A DNA stretch of 60,581 bases, the filler included. It is 8 parts of 8 records of this genome, joined end to end, with 100 filler letters (N's around TTAATTAATTAA, not from the genome) between each part and the next. Parts side by side here need not be neighbours in the genome. Positions count along the whole stretch, not along the records: positions 5,127 to 15,594 come from SRR31147125_9326; positions 15,695 to 25,729 come from SRR31147125_9369; 6 more parts are not named here. One strand, written 5' to 3'. This document shows, piece by piece, positions 10,674 to 21,725 of the stretch. Each line of letters opens with the position of its first letter. Within the stretch, counting starts at the first letter, position 1. The notes under the pieces were generated by a model. It did no database searches. It had not been told where the DNA came from and saw only the letters and a program-made list of their open reading frames with translations. Position numbers and translations under genes: made by a program.

Positions 10674-11714
10674 ATGAAGTTTTCCAGTTACAGAGATGTT
10701 ATCAGGAAAAGTTATCTTGCTGCCAGAGCTGTAAAGAGTATACTGATATCCAGATATAAAAATGGTCAACCTTTCTTTATTTCGCATCTCATTACAAGCA
10801 GATGTTTTGCAAAATGTCCCACATGTCTCTGGCGTGGGAACTCACCCGAAGAAATGGACACGGATAGAATCATCGATTTTTACCGACAAGCAAAACAGCA
10901 TGGTTTTGTGTCCACCACGATATGGGGTGGGGAACCGCTGCTGAGAAGAGATCTGTTTGATATTTTAAAAGCATGTAAAACGTTTGGTTTTGTAACCGGT
11001 ATTATAACAAATGGCTATTTATTACCGGATTATGCGTCCCGGCTGGCACACACCGTGGATTTTATTATTATCTCCATCGATTTTCCTACTGAGGCACATG
11101 ATCGATATCGGGGCGTTCATGGATTATTACATAAAACAAAGAGCGGTCTGAATCTTGTACGGTCAGAAAATCCTCATTTAAAAGTGTTTATAAATTCGGT
11201 TGTCAGTCGTTATAATTTTTCCTATGTTCCGGCTCTTGTCAATTTTGCTGAATCTTTGGATACAACCATCACCTTTGAATCTGTCCAGGAAGGTGCTGTT
11301 CGATATCGTCAGGATAAAAAAGTTGAACATATGCGTCTCTTGCCAAAAGACGAACAAAGGATATTTGCCCTTATCAGATATCTTAAAAAGAAGCACCGTT
11401 GTATAAATAATTCGAATGCCTATCTGGATTTATTTGCTAACGGATCGTTGTTTTATCATTGTCATGCACTTAAAGTCTGTATTCGTGTTGAACCGGATGG
11501 AAATGTGCCGAATTGCATGGACAGGACTGTTTCTCTCGGCAATGTATATCAACAAAATCTTGCTGATATATTAAAAAGTGATAAAATGAAAAAATGCCAG
11601 CAACAGGCAGAAAGGTGTTGTTCCTGTGTTGATAGCGGCGTCATTGAATCCTCCCTTTTTTGGGATTTTAATTTAAAATCCATTATCAATCTACCGAAAT
11701 TGTTTTTAGGATAA
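10674..11714 (+). CDS. Radical SAM protein with SPASM/twitch-like C-terminal domain
   Basis: CxxxCxxC (CFAKCPTC), GGEPLL, ITNG, and a C-terminal Cys set (CHA...PDGNVPNC...GNV...CCSC). Confidence 0.88.
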   Translation: MKFSSYRDVIRKSYLAARAVKSILISRYKNGQPFFISHLITSRCFAKCPTCLWRGNSPEEMDTDRIIDFYRQAKQHGFVSTTIWGGEPLLRRDLFDILKACKTFGFVTGIITNGYLLPDYASRLAHTVDFIIISIDFPTEAHDRYRGVHGLLHKTKSGLNLVRSENPHLKVFINSVVSRYNFSYVPALVNFAESLDTTITFESVQEGAVRYRQDKKVEHMRLLPKDEQRIFALIRYLKKKHRCINNSNAYLDLFANGSLFYHCHALKVCIRVEPDGNVPNCMDRTVSLGNVYQQNLADILKSDKMKKCQQQAERCCSCVDSGVIESSLFWDFNLKSIINLPKLFLG

Positions 11715-11891
11715 TGAAAAGAAATTTAAAAAGTTCTATGAATCTAGGGTTAGATATCTTATTTTTAGTATGATAAGGGATGTTCATAAAGGATCTTTTT
11801 TATTTGTTTACCATATATGACGGGGAAGAAACCAGTCAAAATTCTATGGCCAGCTAATTTCTTGTTCAGATATCGACGGAGGAGAAGGGAC

Positions 11892-13489
11892 ATGAGAAAA
11901 CTTTTGATTTTAATTTGTATTTTTGCTGTTATTTCCTGTGGTACAAGCCCGGATCCATTTACTACCCAAAAGGAGTTATTTACAAAAGCAGCTGATAATG
12001 CCAGGTTGGCCACAGAGGCTTTTAGCCGTTGCCAGCATTTTATTCAGGGCTGGCTGAATCATACTGATCCAGAAACGGGATTGATTCCACGTAATTTGAC
12101 CCGGAATGTCGACATTTGGAATGCGAAGGATGCTGCTGCTGATAATTATCCCTTTATGGTATTGACAGCCGCTATTACTGACTCCAGTCTGTTTCATGGC
12201 CGTATGTTGGATATGTTAAAAACAGAGACAAAACTAACCTCCAGAGTCGGACATTTACCAGATACCTATTCTTTTACTAAAAACGGTTTTGATAATAAAG
12301 ACATTAAAATGGGTGATATCATTTTTGGTGGTTCTGAATATGTTAAAGACGGCCTGTTACCATTAACAGAATGGTTGGGTCATTCACCATGGTCTGAGCG
12401 TATGATCAATATACTGGATGATATCTGGGAAAATGCACCTGTAGAGACCAAATATGGCCGTATCCCTTCGACAAGTCAGGAAGTGAATGGTGAAATGTTG
12501 CAGACTTTATCTCGAATATACTGGATGACCGGTGAAAAAAGTACCTGGAATATGGGATAAGATTGGCTGATTATTATCTTTTCGATCATCACCCGACACG
12601 AAATGAAGAAAGAATAAGACTGCGGGATCATGGTTGTGAAATTCTTTCGGGATTGACCGAGATTTACGCCACAGTCCATTATGCTGCTCCTGAAAAAAAG
12701 AAAGCCTATCAGGAACCCATTTATGCCATGCTGGATAAAGTACTGGAGTTTGGCAGTAATGAGCATGGTTTGTTTTACAACTGGGTAAATCCGACGACCG
12801 GTGAGCATGATGAAAAACTTGGCGATAATTATGGTTATACTTATAATGGTTTTTATACGGTTTACCTGATTGACAAAAAGGAAGAATATCGTCAGGCCGT
12901 GCAATTTGCTTTAGCCAATTTAAATGAGCATTACAGGGAGTATCTCTGGGAGGGTAGCGGAAGTGCGGATGGTGATGCGGACGCCACGGAAGGCGCTTTA
13001 AATCTTTACAACAGAGAGCCTGTCGAATCAGCTGCAATCTGGATCGATAACCAAATGCAGGTTATGTGGAGTAAGCAGCAGGACGATGGTGTTATAGAAG
13101 GATGGCATGGCGATGGCAATTTTGCCAGAACATCCATTATGTATGCCCTGTGGAAAACAAAAGGCCTGACCATCAAACCATGGCGCCAGGATGTGCGTGT
13201 TGGCGCGGAAATGCTGAATGATGAACTTTACATAAATCTGCAAGCGGATAAATCCTGGAATGGGCGACTGGTATTTGATGTTCCACGCCATAAAGTGAAT
13301 ATGCAGATGCCGCTTGATTATCCGCGCATCAATCAATTTCCAGAGTGGTTCACCGTAAAAAATGACGCAACTTATTCCATTCGGATCAGTAAAAAAACAG
13401 GCAAAACAAAAGTATCAGGTCAGGACTTAATTGATGGTATGCCTGTAGAGTTGGACTCCGGAGAGGAACTTTTGATTGTTGTGAAATAA
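11892..13489 (+). CDS. Hypothetical lipoprotein, possibly helical-barrel glycosidase-like; apparent frameshift at ~12540
   Basis: Lipobox-like VISC after a hydrophobic signal. One extra A in the A6 run (12535-12540) joins ORFs 11817-12560 and 12563-13489 as WMTGEKKYLEYGIRLADYY. The fold is inferred only. Confidence 0.6.
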
Positions 13490-13539
13490 AGTATTCCAAT
13501 GCAAAGATATATGTTTTTTTTATATGTCAGGAGAGAATT

Positions 13540-14037
13540 ATGCAGGATTTTATTAATGATTTCAAACTCCTTTTAGTGAATACGGAAAAGAGATTAAGCT
13601 TAATCTCTGAACGTGAGAGTGAAATAAAGCCCTCTCCGCAAAAGTGGTCTTCAAAAGAGATCCTGGGTCACCTCATCGATTCGTCGATAAATAACACACA
13701 AAGGTTTGTGACCGGCCAGTTTAAAGGTGATTTGCTTTTTTCCGGCTATGACCAGGACATGTGGGTTAAAGCACAAAACTATCAAAAACAGGATTGGCTG
13801 GAATTGATAGAGCTCTGGGCAATAAATAATCAACACATTCTGAATATAATCAAAGAGATTCCCGAGGATATTTTGTTAAAACCGGAAATAAATCACAATT
13901 TTGACAAAATCACATCGATGAAGATCAGTCAAGAAGAATCAGTGGATTTAAAATGTCTTGTTGTTGATTACAAGAATCACATGAAGCATCATCTTAATCA
14001 GATATATGCATTGAATTCTTTAACTTTAGTTCAATAA
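13540..14037 (+). CDS. DinB family protein
   Basis: KWSSKEILGHLIDS and C-terminal HMKHHLNQI His pattern. Confidence 0.85.
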   Translation: MQDFINDFKLLLVNTEKRLSLISERESEIKPSPQKWSSKEILGHLIDSSINNTQRFVTGQFKGDLLFSGYDQDMWVKAQNYQKQDWLELIELWAINNQHILNIIKEIPEDILLKPEINHNFDKITSMKISQEESVDLKCLVVDYKNHMKHHLNQIYALNSLTLVQ

Positions 14038-14094
14038 GAGTTTATATTAAGTACCTGTTAATTAATGTAGAAATGAATTGAAGAGGAGGTTTTA

Positions 14095-14463
14095 ATGTTT
14101 TGTCCCTACTGTAAAGCAGAATATAAAGAAGGTATCACGGAATGTTATGACTGCCAAATACCTCTGGTTCATTCCTTGTCGGACATTCCTGAAGAGGATC
14201 ATGAACTGCAGTATGATTACTTTGAGGTTGCGTCAACTATGAATCTGGGAGATATAGCACTCATACGGTCTGTCTTTGATAGTGAAAATATCGACTATCA
14301 AATTCTGGGTGAAGCTTTTAATAATGTGCGCCCCTTACTGGAACCTGCCAGATTTGTGGTTCGTGAAGATCAAGCTGACATTGCAAAAAAATTAATTAAA
14401 GATATGGATGTTCATCTTTTTGCTCTCTCAACCAAAAGGACGGATGAAAAAAAGGCCGAATAA
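14095..14463 (+). CDS. DUF2007-like protein with N-terminal zinc ribbon
   Basis: MFCPYC...ECYDCQIPLV followed by a PII-like segment (LIRSVFDSENI...FVVREDQADIAKKLI). Confidence 0.7.
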   Translation: MFCPYCKAEYKEGITECYDCQIPLVHSLSDIPEEDHELQYDYFEVASTMNLGDIALIRSVFDSENIDYQILGEAFNNVRPLLEPARFVVREDQADIAKKLIKDMDVHLFALSTKRTDEKKAE

Positions 14464-14498
14464 AACTCTTAATCACTAATAGAAGGAGATCATAAATC

Positions 14499-15422
14499 AT
14501 GGATCGCCGTAATTTTATTGAAAAATCTGTCAAGCTGTCCGCAGCGCTGGGTCTGGTGACTTTTAGCGGCATGCCAATGTGTTCAAAAGCAAAAGCGCCT
14601 CTGTTCAAAATTTCATTGGCAGAGTGGTCTTTTCATCGCGCCCTTTTTGCCAAAGACATGGATCATCTTGACTTTGCTAAAGTAGCTAAAATGGATTACA
14701 ATATTGATGGACTTGAATATGTTAACCAGTTCTTTTTTGATAAAGCGAAGGACAGCGCTTATCTGAAGGATATGAAAGATAGGGCAGATTCGCATGGTGT
14801 AAAAAGTTTACTGATCATGTGTGACGGGGAAGGCTATTTGGGTGATCCTGATGATCAAAAACGTACTGTAGCGGTCGAGAACCATTACAAATGGGTGGAA
14901 GCGGCGAAATATCTTGGTTGTCATTCCATTCGCGTTAATGCACGCAGCGAAGGTTCCTATGAGGAACAACAAAAACGGGCAGCTGATGGATTGGCCCGCC
15001 TGACTGAATTTGGTGCACAACATAACATGAATGTTATTGTTGAAAATCATGGTGGCCTGTCCAGTAACGGGCAATGGTTGAGTACTGTTATCAAGATGGT
15101 CAATCATCCCATGTGCGGAACATTACCGGATTTTGGCAATTTCCGGATTAAAGAAGGCGAAACCTATGACAGATACAAAGGTGTCGAAGAAATGATGCCT
15201 TTTGCAAAAGGTGTGAGTGCCAAATCACATGATTTTGATGCCAATGGCCAGGAAACACAGACTGATTATATGCGTATGCTCAAAATCGTATTGGATGCCG
15301 GATACAGGGGTTATGTGGGCATCGAATATGAAGGAGGTAACCTGGGCGAAGCAGAAGGCGTTCAAAAAACCAAAGAGCTGCTGGAAGCTGTGAGGACAAA
15401 ACTTGCACAGGATTACCTTTAA
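14499..15422 (+). CDS. Tat-exported sugar phosphate isomerase/epimerase (xylose isomerase-like TIM barrel)
   Basis: Twin-arginine signal MDRRNFI; metal ligand motifs VENHGG, LPDFGNF, SAKSH and GIEYEG. Confidence 0.87.
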   Translation: MDRRNFIEKSVKLSAALGLVTFSGMPMCSKAKAPLFKISLAEWSFHRALFAKDMDHLDFAKVAKMDYNIDGLEYVNQFFFDKAKDSAYLKDMKDRADSHGVKSLLIMCDGEGYLGDPDDQKRTVAVENHYKWVEAAKYLGCHSIRVNARSEGSYEEQQKRAADGLARLTEFGAQHNMNVIVENHGGLSSNGQWLSTVIKMVNHPMCGTLPDFGNFRIKEGETYDRYKGVEEMMPFAKGVSAKSHDFDANGQETQTDYMRMLKIVLDAGYRGYVGIEYEGGNLGEAEGVQKTKELLEAVRTKLAQDYL

Positions 15423-15447
15423 ATAGATAATAGTCCAACTCGTTTAT

Positions 15448-15594
15448 CTCGTTCCCAGTCTCTGGCTGGGAACGTGATTCATGGTGGCTCTGCCGCCATT
15501 CTTACTCCATTCCAGGTTGCAGTATTGTTTGGAGATGTGAGAATTTATTCATTTAAGGTAAAAGGTGAGGATCCCGTTAAGAAGCGAGGCGGAG
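15448..15594. repeat. REP/MITE-like palindromic element, truncated at contig end
   Basis: CGTTCCCAG-TCTCTGG-CTGGGAACG hairpin (15450-15474), GGCTCTGCCGCC (15486-15497) and a partly complementary GAGGCGGAG at the contig end. Confidence 0.55.
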
Positions 15595-15694
15595 NNNNNN
15601 NNNNNNNNNNNNNNNNNNNNNNNNNNNNNNNNNNNNNNTTAATTAATTAANNNNNNNNNNNNNNNNNNNNNNNNNNNNNNNNNNNNNNNNNNNN
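15595..15694. other. Artificial contig spacer
   Basis: N44-TTAATTAATTAA-N44. Confidence 0.98.
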
Positions 15695-16685
15695 CGCCAC
15701 CACCACCACCATCGCCCCCACAGGAACCCTCAGCATCATTGCCGGATGTTCTTCCGGGATTGAGCCGGCGTTTGCGCTGAGTTTTGTGAGAACCGTGATG
15801 GATAACGATCGTCTCATTGAAGTGAATCCGGTGTTTAAGTCGGCGTTGGAGAAAGAAAATCTCTTCAATGAAGCCCTTATGGAAGAGATTACCGAAAAAG
15901 GATCACTCAAAGGAAATATTTCCATACCGGCCTCACTGAAGGCCGTCTTTGTGACGGCCCACGATATGTTACCCATGGATCATGTCCGGATGCAGGCGGT
16001 ATTTCAAAAATATACGGACAATGCCGTATCCAAAACCGTGAATCTACCCAATGAGGCAACGGAAGATGCTGTGCGGTTGATCTATGACAAGGCATATGCG
16101 CTGAAATGCAAAGGGGTCACCATTTATCGGGACGGTAGTAAAGAAAATCAGGTGCTGTCTGTTTCCGGACAATCAACTACGGAAAATGGGAATGGAAACG
16201 GGAACGGCAAGGCGTTTCTCAATGCCGGAAAGGATCGGCCCAATGTGTTGGAAGGGTTTACCGAGCGGATTAAAACCGGCATGGGCTATCTTTATATAAC
16301 GGTGTCGGAGTTCAACAACCGACCCTTCGAGCTGTTTGCCACCATTGGAAAGTCGGGAAAATCCACCACAGCCAAAACCGAGGCCATTGGTCGCTTGATC
16401 TCATTGGCCCTTCGTTCGGGAATCGGCGTAAATGAGATCGTTTCTCAGATTAAAGGGATTCGGGGGGAGCATGCCGTGTTTCAAGAAGGCGGGCTGATCC
16501 ACTCCATTCCGGATGCCATAGCCAAGGTACTGGAGAAGCGATACCTCTCCGGTAAAAATACTGGGAACGGAAAACCTCAGCCCGGGCAGTTTAAATCCGA
16601 TCTTTGTCCCGAATGCGGTCAGGCAGTGGCTTTTGAAGAAGGGTGCATGACATGTCACAGCTGCGGGTTTACCAAATGTAGTTAA
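15695..16685 (+). CDS. nrdJ: Class II (B12-dependent) ribonucleotide reductase, C-terminal part with TSCPD-like domain and Zn ribbon (5' truncated)
   Basis: TIAPTGTLSIIAGCSSGIEP (frame from 15696), DNAVSKTVN, KGVTIYRDGS, SIPDAIA and terminal CPECG...EEGCMTCHSCGFTKC. Confidence 0.92.
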
Positions 16686-16841
16686 TGGCGTTCAGGATGT
16701 AGTTTATGAAGTTCAGAGAAAAATTTGTTTTTGGGCGTTAAATATGGAATATAATTAGGTCATCTTTTTTCCAAATATGGCTGTGAAAACTTTGAAAAAA
16801 CAACGGGGACCAAAACGGCCAAAACCCAAAAGGGGGGAACC

Positions 16842-18905
16842 ATGAACGATCAAAGAAAGATCGTACGTCTGTTTTTTGCTGTAATATTCCATGCGCTGGT
16901 GGTGATGCATCCATTTTTGACCAAAGCTGAAAATTTACCGACATTGAATAGTGACGGAGTATTGAGCGTTCCCTCATTCATTGTCGGTACCGATGAGTGG
17001 TCGCTTGAGCTTCAGAGGATAGAGGATAACCAGAGCACCCTCTTTAAATTAGTCACCATTCAACTTGTTTCAGGGGGCGCACTTGATTCAAGTTTCTCAA
17101 CGCTGACCCCGCAAGGGCTCGTAAAAATTTCGGATATATTGATAGATGGAGAGTACTGGAATTATACGTTCTCCATTGTAGAGACAACACCGGATATTCT
17201 TCTGGAGCTCATCGATTTCGAGATGGTGCCGACCCGGAATCATACCACAAGCGATACCGTATCCAGTGACGATGAGATCCAGGTTTCCGCAGATCCAAGC
17301 CCGTCATTAGTGGGTGAGTCGGTCACCATTTCAGGATGGGCAAACGTGGTGTGGGGAAATGAGAGCATCACTATCTGGATCGCCACGCCGTCTGTATTGG
17401 CACTCTCTTCCAATGCGACACGTCCCACAGAGCAGATGCAGCAATTTACCGTCACATCCGATCAGAGCGGTGAATTCCGGATGTCTGATTACTGGTCTTC
17501 AGAGATCGGTACCCACAGAGCATTTGCCTGTCGAACCGGAACGGAACATTACGGCATCGTCGAATTTGAGGTGGCAACGTCTTTTGCCGTTTCCATCAGC
17601 GCAGTGACCACCACCATGGAAGCGGTCGGCACCGGTCGGGAAGCGGTGACACTTTTTAATGAGAGTCTGACATCATTTCCCGAGATGCCCCAAAAAGATG
17701 ACATGCTCTCAACCATAGGAGAACTTGAAGAGAACATCAATGACGTGCTCCAACAGTTGTCAAGTGTGCAGCAGACATTGAACGAGATGTTCTCTTTTCT
17801 TGAAACCGTCCCCATTCCGCCGGAAGTGAGCGGACAATTGGAACAGATGGCTCAAAATCTGCGACAATTTGAACAACAAACCCAAGAGTTTGAACAAGAC
17901 GTAAAAAATCGAATCGAAGAGACTAGAAACGCAGCCTCTTCATGCAGGCATTGGGATCAGCTGCTTGGGATCATGGGAATATTCGATCACTACATGAACT
18001 TCGCCCTGGGCATAGGCGGGGGAACCTCATTGGGGTTTAAGATCGGGACATTGGGCGGATTTTGTCTGAATGAATTCAAATCTGCGGTATTCGGCGAATT
18101 TGTCAACCAGTTGCCTTCGGCCGTACAGCCTTTGATGACCGCATGGATTTCTGCGCTGGACAGCGGTTTTAACGGTATTTCTTCTGCAACCGGGCTGATG
18201 ACGGAGCGATTTTCGACTCTGACAAAATACCTCATCAACTATTTATTGAATATGTGCGAGCGATACAAGGGGGAAATCAAAGGGGCGTTGTCTGTTGAGT
18301 TTGTTGCCGGTCCTGAAAACACATCCTACTTAATCTATGGCTACTCTCTCACGGGAAAAGGAACTTTTGCATTCAAAAAAAGAGAGAACGATGGGGATAT
18401 CATTGCCATGGAGGGGACGGTCAGTGGTTGGATTCATAAACCATATGCATGGATCGATCTGAATCGATTGGAAGTGGATATGGGCGGTACCACAACCCAT
18501 GAGGGGTTTGGAATTCCCGATTTCATTCCCCGATATTTTCAGGCCACGGTGAAAGGCGAAGCCCACGCGGATCATATGGCGGTTGAACTGGAATTACCGT
18601 TCACCTTGGATGTCGACAGCTATTATTTTCAATATAAATATACGTTTTGCAATGTGGTGTCGGGGCCGACCCCAACTCCCATGCATGATTGCATGAGAGT
18701 CAGAATTCCAGGTGCTGAGTGGCTTTTTACCCGAATTGCAAGCCCGGGTGATGTGGATGGGGTGTTTGAGGTGCCGATCACTGCGGATGAGAGCAAGTCC
18801 TTGATTGAACATAAATTTGAACGGACGCTGGATTATAGAGATAATGGCGATTTCATTGCAGACGGATGGATTGAGTTTAAGTTGGAAAATCCTCCAAAAG
18901 AGTAA
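16842..18905 (+). CDS. Hypothetical exported protein, 687 aa
   Basis: Long ORF with purine-rich RBS, N-terminal signal-like segment and central coiled coil. No family recognised. Confidence 0.7.
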   Translation: MNDQRKIVRLFFAVIFHALVVMHPFLTKAENLPTLNSDGVLSVPSFIVGTDEWSLELQRIEDNQSTLFKLVTIQLVSGGALDSSFSTLTPQGLVKISDILIDGEYWNYTFSIVETTPDILLELIDFEMVPTRNHTTSDTVSSDDEIQVSADPSPSLVGESVTISGWANVVWGNESITIWIATPSVLALSSNATRPTEQMQQFTVTSDQSGEFRMSDYWSSEIGTHRAFACRTGTEHYGIVEFEVATSFAVSISAVTTTMEAVGTGREAVTLFNESLTSFPEMPQKDDMLSTIGELEENINDVLQQLSSVQQTLNEMFSFLETVPIPPEVSGQLEQMAQNLRQFEQQTQEFEQDVKNRIEETRNAASSCRHWDQLLGIMGIFDHYMNFALGIGGGTSLGFKIGTLGGFCLNEFKSAVFGEFVNQLPSAVQPLMTAWISALDSGFNGISSATGLMTERFSTLTKYLINYLLNMCERYKGEIKGALSVEFVAGPENTSYLIYGYSLTGKGTFAFKKRENDGDIIAMEGTVSGWIHKPYAWIDLNRLEVDMGGTTTHEGFGIPDFIPRYFQATVKGEAHADHMAVELELPFTLDVDSYYFQYKYTFCNVVSGPTPTPMHDCMRVRIPGAEWLFTRIASPGDVDGVFEVPITADESKSLIEHKFERTLDYRDNGDFIADGWIEFKLENPPKE

Positions 18906-18919
18906 AAAATAGGGATATC

Positions 18920-20259
18920 ATGTCATCGGAAAAATTCTCTCAAATTAAACGATTTCAAAAACTTCCGCCTGAAGTGCAGCAGTGGTTGCATACGATGGCT
19001 GAATCCCATGCCTTTTCCTTTCAACAGCTGAACATGTTGACGGAGTTCAGTATCGATCTCTTTTGCTGGAACCAAGGAACGTTGGAGCAGTTTTATCATC
19101 CTGAACGCGTGGGGCTGTTACAGGCAAAACAGGCGGCTGGAAAAATATTTCAACAGTTACGTAACGGGTATGACACGCTGAAGAACGGACAGAAGCAGTA
19201 TTCGATTGGACAGTTTCCGGTTGAAGGGAGTGCCGTTGGTCGGGATTCTGAGTTGGATTCAGATCAGAAGTCGGTGAACCAAAAACGGCTGAGCGGTGAG
19301 CGAAAGTTTCCCGAAGAGCAGATGATCGAGGTGGATCTTCAGGGGAAAATCATGGGGAAATGCCCGGTTGCTTCGGAAAAGACGCGATGCTGCAATCTGG
19401 ATACCTTGGATGCCGTTCATCAATGCGGGTTTGATTGCAGCTATTGCTCCATACAATCGTTTTATCATGGGGGGCAGGTGCGGTTTATCCGGAATCTAGT
19501 CTCCCATCTGGATACAGTGAAGCTGGATCCGGAAAAGCGCTACCATATCGGAACCGGGCAATCCTCCGACTCCCTGATGTGGGGGAATCGATTCGGCTTG
19601 CTGGATGCACTCTACCGGTTTGCCGCGGACCATCCCAATGTCGTGTTGGAAATGAAATCCAAAAGCGGGCGAATCGACTACATTCTTGACAATCTCCCAC
19701 CGGACAATATGGTGTTTACCTGGTCCCTCAATACGCCCGTTGCCATAGAAAAAGAAGAGAAGGGGACCGCACCGTTGCAAAAACGGTTGGAGAGTGCAAG
19801 GAAACTGGCGGATTCGGGGATACCCGTGGGGTTTCATTTTCATCCCATCATCTGGTATCGAGGATGGGATGATGAGTATGGGGAGCTGGTTTCAAGGCTA
19901 CTGAAGCAGTTCCGGCCCGAAGAGGTGGTCATGGTTTCATTGGGGACGCTTACCTTTATCAAACCGGTCTTGAAAAGAATCCGGGAGCGGATGCTGAAAA
20001 GTTCGATTTTGCAGATGCCCATGGAAGAGTGTGCCGGAAAGTTCAGCTATCCGTTCGAGATCAAAAAGGAGCTCTTTTCTACTGTTTATCAGCTTTTCCC
20101 GAATCCTGGCATCAATCGGTTTACTATTATATGTGCATGGAAGATATTGATCTATGGCAGCCCGTTTTTGGGAGAAGTTATGGATCAAATGAAGAATTTG
20201 AAATGGACATGTTGACGTCATATAGGGAGAAGATGACCCTAATCAACCGATCTCGTTGA
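18920..20259 (+). CDS. Spore photoproduct lyase (SplB)-like radical SAM protein; apparent frameshift at ~20099
   Basis: CGFDCSYC, GTGQSSDSL, LEMKSKS, WSLN and GFHFHPII. The C-terminal YYYMCME motif lies in the shifted frame after the C3 run at 20098-20100. Confidence 0.8.
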
Positions 20260-20261
20260 CG

Positions 20262-20720
20262 TCAAACCCATTCCAGAGAAGTTTTGAAAATAGGTGAAGA
20301 CAATACAATGGACGTTTTTGTTTCTCCATATTTCCCCAGCCTCTCTATCAGATCGTCCAGGTGAGGTATGGACGGTGACGTCACTTTGAAAATTAAAGAC
20401 TCGTTTCCGCTGATATGATGGCACTCTCGGATCTGTTTTTCTTTTTCGGCAAAGGAAAAAATATCGGAATATTTCCCCGACCGGGTGGTGACCGTGATAA
20501 ATGCGGTGATTGTTTCACCCTCCAGATGGGGAGTGATGTCGGCACGGTATCCCAGGATAATTCCGGCAGCCTCCATTTTGTAGACCCGCTCCGCCACTGC
20601 CGGGGATGACAATCCCACGGTTCTGCCGATCTCACTAAAGGTTGCCCTGCCGTTTTTCTGAAGTTCCCGAAGAATATTCCTTCCGATGTCATCCACCATG
20701 CCTTTAAATTTAACGTCCAT
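20262..20720 (-). CDS. Lrp/AsnC family transcriptional regulator
   Basis: HTH ILRELQKNGRATFSEIGRTVGLSSPAVAERV; C-terminal ECHHISG...TKTSIVLS. Confidence 0.92.
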   Translation of the reverse strand: MDVKFKGMVDDIGRNILRELQKNGRATFSEIGRTVGLSSPAVAERVYKMEAAGIILGYRADITPHLEGETITAFITVTTRSGKYSDIFSFAEKEKQIRECHHISGNESLIFKVTSPSIPHLDDLIERLGKYGETKTSIVLSSPIFKTSLEWV

Positions 20721-20876
20721 CCCTTATTTTTCCTTAAATTATTCATTCAATCCCCTGAATAACCGTCAAACGACCATTCCCGCAAAACCAACAGTGATAT
20801 AGCATACATTCCCATTGAATGAAGTATATGAAATTTTTCCTTGAGCACCAATCAACAATTCAAATGAGGATCACCC

Positions 20877-21592
20877 ATGACGTTCTTTTCCACCATCAGC
20901 TTTGCTGCAGCCATGTTTATTCTGGCGGCCACGCCGGGGCCCGGGATCTTTGCCACGGTTTCCAGGGCGTTGGCATCCGGTTTTTTTCCCGCCCTTTTTG
21001 TCATCATCGGTATTGTTACCGGGGATATCATTTATTTGATGGTTGCCGTATTCGGGATCTCTTTTATCGCTCAGGCTGCCGGAGAGTCCTTCATTGTCGT
21101 TAAGGTATCAGGGGCGCTTTACTTACTCTATTTGGGAATCAAAATCTGGAGATTTCATCCCCAAAATGATCAATCGAAGTTTTCGGAGGAAAAGGAAAGT
21201 GACGCGAATAAGGAAAAGAGAATAAGAAAAGAAAGAGGGGAGGACGGGGATGGGACCCAAGAGAAGAGGGGGCGTGTAAAAAGACGGGTAATCAAACGGA
21301 ATGGGGGGGCAATTATGTGAGCGGATTGCTGATCACTTTGTCCAATCCGAAAGTCATTCTTTTTTATTCCGGGTTCTTACCGACATTTGTGGACTTATCT
21401 TCCATTAGCCGGTTGGATATGATGCGGGTCATTTTTATCGTGGTCGCTGTTTTGTTTTCGGTGCTGGCGATGTATGCCTATCTGGCGGATCAGGCCGGGA
21501 CGTTTTTTTCCAAAGGGCAATCAATGGTAAAATTAAATCGCGTGGCTGGATGGGTCATGGTCGTCACCTCAGGGTATATCTTGTTTTATTAA
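20877..21592 (+). CDS. LysE/RhtB family amino-acid exporter; apparent frameshift in the charged loop (~21305)
   Basis: ATPGPG and GALYLLYLG in the first ORF; GLLITLSNPKVILFY in the second. Divergent from Lrp. Confidence 0.82.
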
Positions 21593-21725
21593 TGAATTCT
21601 TGCTCCCTCCCGTTTCATCTGTTTTTTTTATATGAAAATCCCCACCGCTGTGGGTTCTCGGTTTTTCATACTTTGTTGTGCCAGGCCATGGCTGTTATAT
21701 CCAAGTTCATACATTTCGAGAAAGA

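Noticed and set aside
10674-11891. Radical SAM/SPASM as a RiPP maturase
   Set aside because: No precursor peptide ORF, RRE/PqqD domain, peptidase or exporter nearby.
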